DNA from: an uncultured Candidatus Saccharibacteria bacterium
GTDB taxonomy: Bacteria > Patescibacteriota > Minisyncoccia > Phycocordibacterales > PALSA-1337
DNA: 64,000 bases
NCBI GenBank assembly: GCA_964561875.1
Contig: CAZLQL010000003.1
Coordinates: forward strand, 5,822 to 69,821
Direction: 5' to 3'
Numbering within the stretch: the stretch's first letter is position 1; every line of letters begins with the position of its first letter. Of the stretch, positions 60,212 through 64,000 are shown in pieces. The notes beneath the pieces are model-generated. The model had not been told where the DNA came from. It was given only the letters and a program-made list of their open reading frames with translations, and made no database searches. The translations under genes were made by a program, and so were the position numbers.

Positions 60212-60568
60212 ATGGATCAACAAAATCAAAATCCTGTTCCAAACCAAGTTCCACAAAGTTCTCCTTCTTCAAATGGTCATATGATAGCGGTATTCTCTTA
60301 TATAGGTATACTTGTGATCATTCCTTTGTTTACTCAACATAAAGATGATCCATTTGTAAAATTTCATATAAAACAAGGACTTGTTCTACTTATAGCTATA
60401 ATTATAGGTTCAGCAATAAGTATGATTCCTATAATTGGTTGGTTATTATCACCAATAATATTTTTATTTAACCTTATCTTAGCTATAATGGGGGTTATCA
60501 ATGTTCTATCAGATAAACAAAATCAACTTCCAGTTATAGGGAAGTATGCAGATAAAATAAATATATAG
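60212..60568 (+). CDS. DUF4870-like membrane protein
   Basis: SYIGIL..IP, DPFVKFH.KQG, IPIIGW, LP.IG. Confidence 0.85.
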   Translation: MDQQNQNPVPNQVPQSSPSSNGHMIAVFSYIGILVIIPLFTQHKDDPFVKFHIKQGLVLLIAIIIGSAISMIPIIGWLLSPIIFLFNLILAIMGVINVLSDKQNQLPVIGKYADKINI

Positions 60569-60584
60569 TAAATAAAAAGTAAGT

Positions 60585-60616
60585 AATAAAAAAGACGGGA
60601 GACCGTCTTTTTTATT
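60585..60616. terminator. Bidirectional terminator
   Basis: AATAAAAAAGACGG-GAGA-CCGTCTTTTTTATT between convergent genes. Confidence 0.88.
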
Positions 60617-60618
60617 TA

Positions 60619-61086
60619 TTATATTGTTCTTACTTTCAGCTTCGACTGTCTCTTTTTATCTAGTTTTGGAAGTTTTAGTATAAGTAGACCATGCTTTTCT
60701 ATAGCCTCCGCTTCGTCTACATCAACTTCTGCTGGCAGGGCAATAGTTCTAGAAAATGAACCCCAATACAATTCTCTTGAAAAATAATCCTCTTCTCTTA
60801 CTGTTTTCTCTTCTTCTCTATGACCCTTTATCGTAACCATGTCGCGAGTTATAGATATATCTAGATCTTCTGGGTGAACACCAGCTATCATAGTCTTTAT
60901 AATTATCATATCTGCAGTCTGGAATACATCAACTGTAAGTTCTCCTTCTTTATCTTCCTCTTCACTCCAGTCATCAGAAGATTGAAGACCTAGTTTTTTT
61001 GGAGATTCTTCAATCTCTTTTTCATCACCATCCAATCTTACTGATCCAGTTAATCTTTCAAAAAACGATTTTTTTTCTTTTGCCAT
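60619..61086 (-). CDS. Hsp20/alpha-crystallin small heat-shock protein
   Basis: VDVFQT, AGV.PEDLDI, ELYWGSFSRTI.LP, GLL.L.LPK. Confidence 0.93.
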   Translation of the reverse strand: MAKEKKSFFERLTGSVRLDGDEKEIEESPKKLGLQSSDDWSEEEDKEGELTVDVFQTADMIIIKTMIAGVHPEDLDISITRDMVTIKGHREEEKTVREEDYFSRELYWGSFSRTIALPAEVDVDEAEAIEKHGLLILKLPKLDKKRQSKLKVRTI

Positions 61087-61101
61087 ATAAAATTATTAAA
61101 A

Positions 61102-61800
61102 CTAACTAATTAAACTATCATCTGGCTTTACAGTCTTTATTTCTTCAAATAGGATTATCAGAATTACTACAGCGCACCATACCCAACCAAATACTTTTAG
61201 TGCACTCACAGAACTTGCCTTAATTATAGCTAAGTTAAAAGATGAGTGCAATATGACAGCTATAAAAATTCCAAAAACTGTGGATAATATTTTTACAATA
61301 TTGTTTTTATAAAATGAAATTCCAATCATGAAACCTATCGTTGCTGAAGATACGACATGAACTAAGCTTGAACCTATAAATCTCAAACTTCCAGTAATTA
61401 TGCTTTTTGCTATCTCACCATTTCCAAGAGGGGATAGTATAAATAGAGTATTTTCTATCGCAGCAAATCCCAATGCTACTGTTATACAGTATATGATCGC
61501 ATCTATGGGTTCGTCTAAATATCTTGAATGAAGTGTAACTATCACGAAAGCGAGATATTTTACGATTTCTTCAACAAAAGCCCATCCTAAATATTTTGAA
61601 TTAACATCAAGAAGGAATTGGGCAGAGTATTTTTCTAATATAATAGCCAAAACCACAGAAATACAACCAGATAGAAAGGTGATAGCTATAAGTAGTCTTG
61701 GTTCAGGGTGTAGATTGTCTTCTTTAAGCCAAAACCATAACCAGATTAAGGTTGGTAATATACCAGAAAGCAAAGCGTATATTATAGTTGTTATGCCCAT
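61102..61800 (-). CDS. prsW: PrsW-family intramembrane protease
   Basis: PEP, VEEIVK, DEPIDA, LGFAAIEN, H and HSSFN motifs. Confidence 0.9.
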   Translation of the reverse strand: MGITTIIYALLSGILPTLIWLWFWLKEDNLHPEPRLLIAITFLSGCISVVLAIILEKYSAQFLLDVNSKYLGWAFVEEIVKYLAFVIVTLHSRYLDEPIDAIIYCITVALGFAAIENTLFILSPLGNGEIAKSIITGSLRFIGSSLVHVVSSATIGFMIGISFYKNNIVKILSTVFGIFIAVILHSSFNLAIIKASSVSALKVFGWVWCAVVILIILFEEIKTVKPDDSLIS

Positions 61801-61924
61801 TTACCAAATTATAACCCAAATTACCCAAATATCGTTGGGGAAAAGACTTCATGTTATTCATTTGTATAACATATACATTAAGACTTGGTTATATAACTAA
61901 ATAAAGATAAATAAAGATATCAGC

Positions 61925-61976
61925 TTGACAAATTCCTATTTTGTGATAGGGTACAAAGTAAATGTGTTCTTTGACA
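61925..61976 (+). promoter_or_regulatory. sigma70-like promoter followed by a boxA-like element
   Basis: TTGACA (61925), TGaTAGGGT -10, TGTTCTTTGACA (61965-61976). Confidence 0.5.
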
Positions 61977-62069
61977 GGAATCTTCAATTGTGTTGTTTTT
62001 CCCGTGTGGGATAGACGTCAGGATATGTCCTGCACATTGTCGATTTCAGAAGAACTATAGGAGGATAGA

Positions 62070-62936
62070 ATGAAACACTTGTTTGCACTCATGTTCGCCA
62101 TCATGACGATGGCGTTTCGGACTGTCGGGGCTGACACTATCACCGTTAAGGTGTATGCGTCTGTCGGGCCACTTACTTCGTCACCGGATTTTCCGACCTT
62201 TGCGTCGGATTTCTTGAACGACGCGTATTCGGGCAATGTTTTGCCCGGGCCGGTGTCGATGACAACCTTCAACAGGGTTGGTCCCAAGTTCGAGCCGGGC
62301 TGGCTCATGGGCGGGAAGACCATCTGGTTTGCCACTGTCATGGAGAGGGCTGGGAAGTCATTTCTCCCTACCAATCTCACTGCCCAGATTACGTCTGGAC
62401 CAAATGGTCTCTTCAACAAGGTGGAGTTGTATGCGAATACAAACTTTATCTACGCCGGAACATCTCGGGGAGAAATCACGGAGTCAAATGGATCCAAGAC
62501 TCTCTTTAACGGGGGTCGATGGTCCGATCAGTCCGTCAACAAGTTTGCTTTCCTTGGAACGGCAAACAAGACCATGAATGCCAACAGTCAGGCGGAAATG
62601 GATTCGAACACCGCCTGGATGATGGGTTTCCCCAACTTCACACTTGAATGCCAATGGGCAATCAAGGAAAACGGGGTCATCGCCGGTATCGGCAGTGTGG
62701 TACTCGAGACCAAGCCCGAGATCGTGGTAACCCCGCCACATCTCACCGTCGTTCGCGACGTTGCAGGGAAGGTGAAGCTTACCTCGCCTGATCTTGTTGG
62801 TACGGCTTCCATCGAAGCCACCGACAGTATCAAGACCCCGGTTTGGACTGGAGTCTCGACCCTCAATGGTCAGGTTCCGACCATCCTCAATGCGGATGGC
62901 CAGACAAAGTTCTTCAGATTGAAGGTGGTGGAATAA
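62070..62936 (+). CDS. GC-rich secreted protein with a Verrucomicrobia-like C-terminal 'FFRL' domain
   Basis: AGGAGGA SD, signal peptide MKHLFALMFAIMTMAFRTVGA, C-terminus PPHLTV...W...FFRLKVVE. Confidence 0.8.
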   Translation: MKHLFALMFAIMTMAFRTVGADTITVKVYASVGPLTSSPDFPTFASDFLNDAYSGNVLPGPVSMTTFNRVGPKFEPGWLMGGKTIWFATVMERAGKSFLPTNLTAQITSGPNGLFNKVELYANTNFIYAGTSRGEITESNGSKTLFNGGRWSDQSVNKFAFLGTANKTMNANSQAEMDSNTAWMMGFPNFTLECQWAIKENGVIAGIGSVVLETKPEIVVTPPHLTVVRDVAGKVKLTSPDLVGTASIEATDSIKTPVWTGVSTLNGQVPTILNADGQTKFFRLKVVE

Positions 62937-62956
62937 ACACCTTCAACCCCCACAAC

Positions 62957-63002
62957 AGCACCCAGTCTTCAAGGCTTCACGCTAAGAAGATTGGGTGCTT
63001 TT
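62957..63002 (+). terminator. Intrinsic terminator
   Basis: AGCACCCAGTCTTC...GAAGATTGGGTGCT then TTT. Confidence 0.8.
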
Positions 63003-63159
63003 CGTTTTAATCTATATTATACATCTGTATTTAAACCTATATTTATACCTATACTTCATCAAAATACATACATAAATAACTACAGCCCCCTTGACTTTTT
63101 CCTCATTATCGTGTATACATATTGGGTAATTATTAGACAATAATTAACATATAAAATCA

Positions 63160-64000
63160 ATGATAGAAAATATAAATAAGACTTTTGCTGTTGCTCTGGC
63201 TGTAATATTCCTTGTTCCCGCTGTTTCTTTTGCTGAACCTTCAGTATCAGATAGTGGTAATGCAGGAACTGCAGTTGTAGTTTCAGCACCTACAGTATCT
63301 GATCCGGGTAATGCAGCTGTTACAACAACTGCTAGTACTCCTTCAGTAACTGATTCAGGAAATTCAGCTGTTACAGCAAGCGCTGGAACACCTGGAGTAA
63401 CAAATTCTGGTAACGGAGCTGTTACAACTGGAGCAAATGAACCTCATACAACAAGTGGTGGTAATTCTGCTGTTACAACAGGAGCAAATACTCCTTCAGT
63501 TACAAATCAAGGAAATGCTGCTGTAATTACACCTTCAAACACTAATACAGGTGGAAATGGTGGTAATACAGGTGGTGGATCTGGTGGTTCACTAGGTGGA
63601 GGAAATAATGTTGGTTCAGGTTCAGGTATGGGAGGTGGACCAATATCATTCATAACTTCACTTCCAAAAAATGTAAACGGTTGTGTGTACATAACTGAAT
63701 ACCTAAAATTTGGTGGAAATAATTCTTCAACAGAAGTTACAAAACTTCAAACATTCCTAAAGAATGTAGAAGGACTAAATGTTGATATAAATGGAAACTT
63801 CGACAATAAGACTCTAGAAGCTGTTAAGGCTTTCCAAGAGAAATATGTAGCAGATACAATGCTTCCTTGGGGTGTTACAACTCCTACAGGAGAAGTTTAT
63901 CTAACTACACAAAAGAAGATAAATGAAATCTATTGTAAGGCTCAGTTCCCATTGTCAGCTGAACAAAATTCTCAGATTGAGAAATATAAGTTAGCTCTAG
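63160..64000 (+). CDS. Secreted protein with 17-aa repeats, Gly-rich linker and peptidoglycan-binding domain (runs off the window end)
   Basis: ATG 63160 is open to the end of the window (absent from the ORF track); signal peptide ending VSFA; EVTKLQTFLK...GNFD.KT..AVKAFQ. Confidence 0.88.
   Translation, partial: MIENINKTFAVALAVIFLVPAVSFAEPSVSDSGNAGTAVVVSAPTVSDPGNAAVTTTASTPSVTDSGNSAVTASAGTPGVTNSGNGAVTTGANEPHTTSGGNSAVTTGANTPSVTNQGNAAVITPSNTNTGGNGGNTGGGSGGSLGGGNNVGSGSGMGGGPISFITSLPKNVNGCVYITEYLKFGGNNSSTEVTKLQTFLKNVEGLNVDINGNFDNKTLEAVKAFQEKYVADTMLPWGVTTPTGEVYLTTQKKINEIYCKAQFPLSAEQNSQIEKYKLAL
63238..63543 (+). repeat. Six tandem 51-nt (17-aa) coding repeats
   Basis: PSVSDSGNAGTAVVVSA/PTVSDPGNAAVTTTAST/PSVTDSGNSAVTASAGT/PGVTNSGNGAVTTGANE/PHTTSGGNSAVTTGANT/PSVTNQGNAAVITPSNT. 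Confidence 0.85.

Noticed and set aside
62018-62866. Several overlapping alternative ORFs in the GC-rich island
   Set aside because: Shadows expected from higher GC; only 62070-62936 has an SD, signal peptide and terminator

Overview
AT-rich bacterial chromosome segment (genetic code 11). Its gene set and style point to Patescibacteria/CPR, probably Parcubacteria: a CPR-type VirB4/TraG-like ATPase, O-antigen-ligase+TPR proteins, an HTH-LAGLIDADG ORF next to a tRNA, and core genes without Shine-Dalgarno (SD) sites. Layout: (1) 1-9.0 kb, an unusual cell-wall locus (degenerate MurD, PLP enzyme, LysW-like Zn-ribbon protein, Mpl, ATE/Bpt-like aminoacyl-tRNA transferase, MraY, NlpC/P60, ATP-grasp, DUF4015 hydrolase). 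(2) 9.1-9.85 kb, a structured ncRNA candidate and a GC-rich orphan gene. (3) VirB4-like ATPase followed by a ~29 kb surface-glycan cluster (7 GT4, 2 GT2, GT9, GT47, GT-C enzymes, 7 methyltransferases, AsnB, a membrane desaturase, Wzx, ligase). (4) 40.6-41.25 kb, three tiny transcription units. (5) Housekeeping genes: murB, secA, class Ic-type nrdAB, rnpB, murJ, lepA, FtsB-like, glutaredoxin, tRNA-Arg, tRNA-Phe, Hsp20, PrsW. (6) A GC-rich secreted protein with a Verrucomicrobia-like C-terminus, and a truncated repeat/peptidoglycan-binding protein. Best candidates for undescribed biology: the carrier-protein/tRNA-dependent peptidoglycan-remodelling cluster, the GC-rich SD-bearing stand-alone expression units, and the ACCA-ending structured RNA at 9148-9268. 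All family calls come from motif recognition by eye; no database searches were run.
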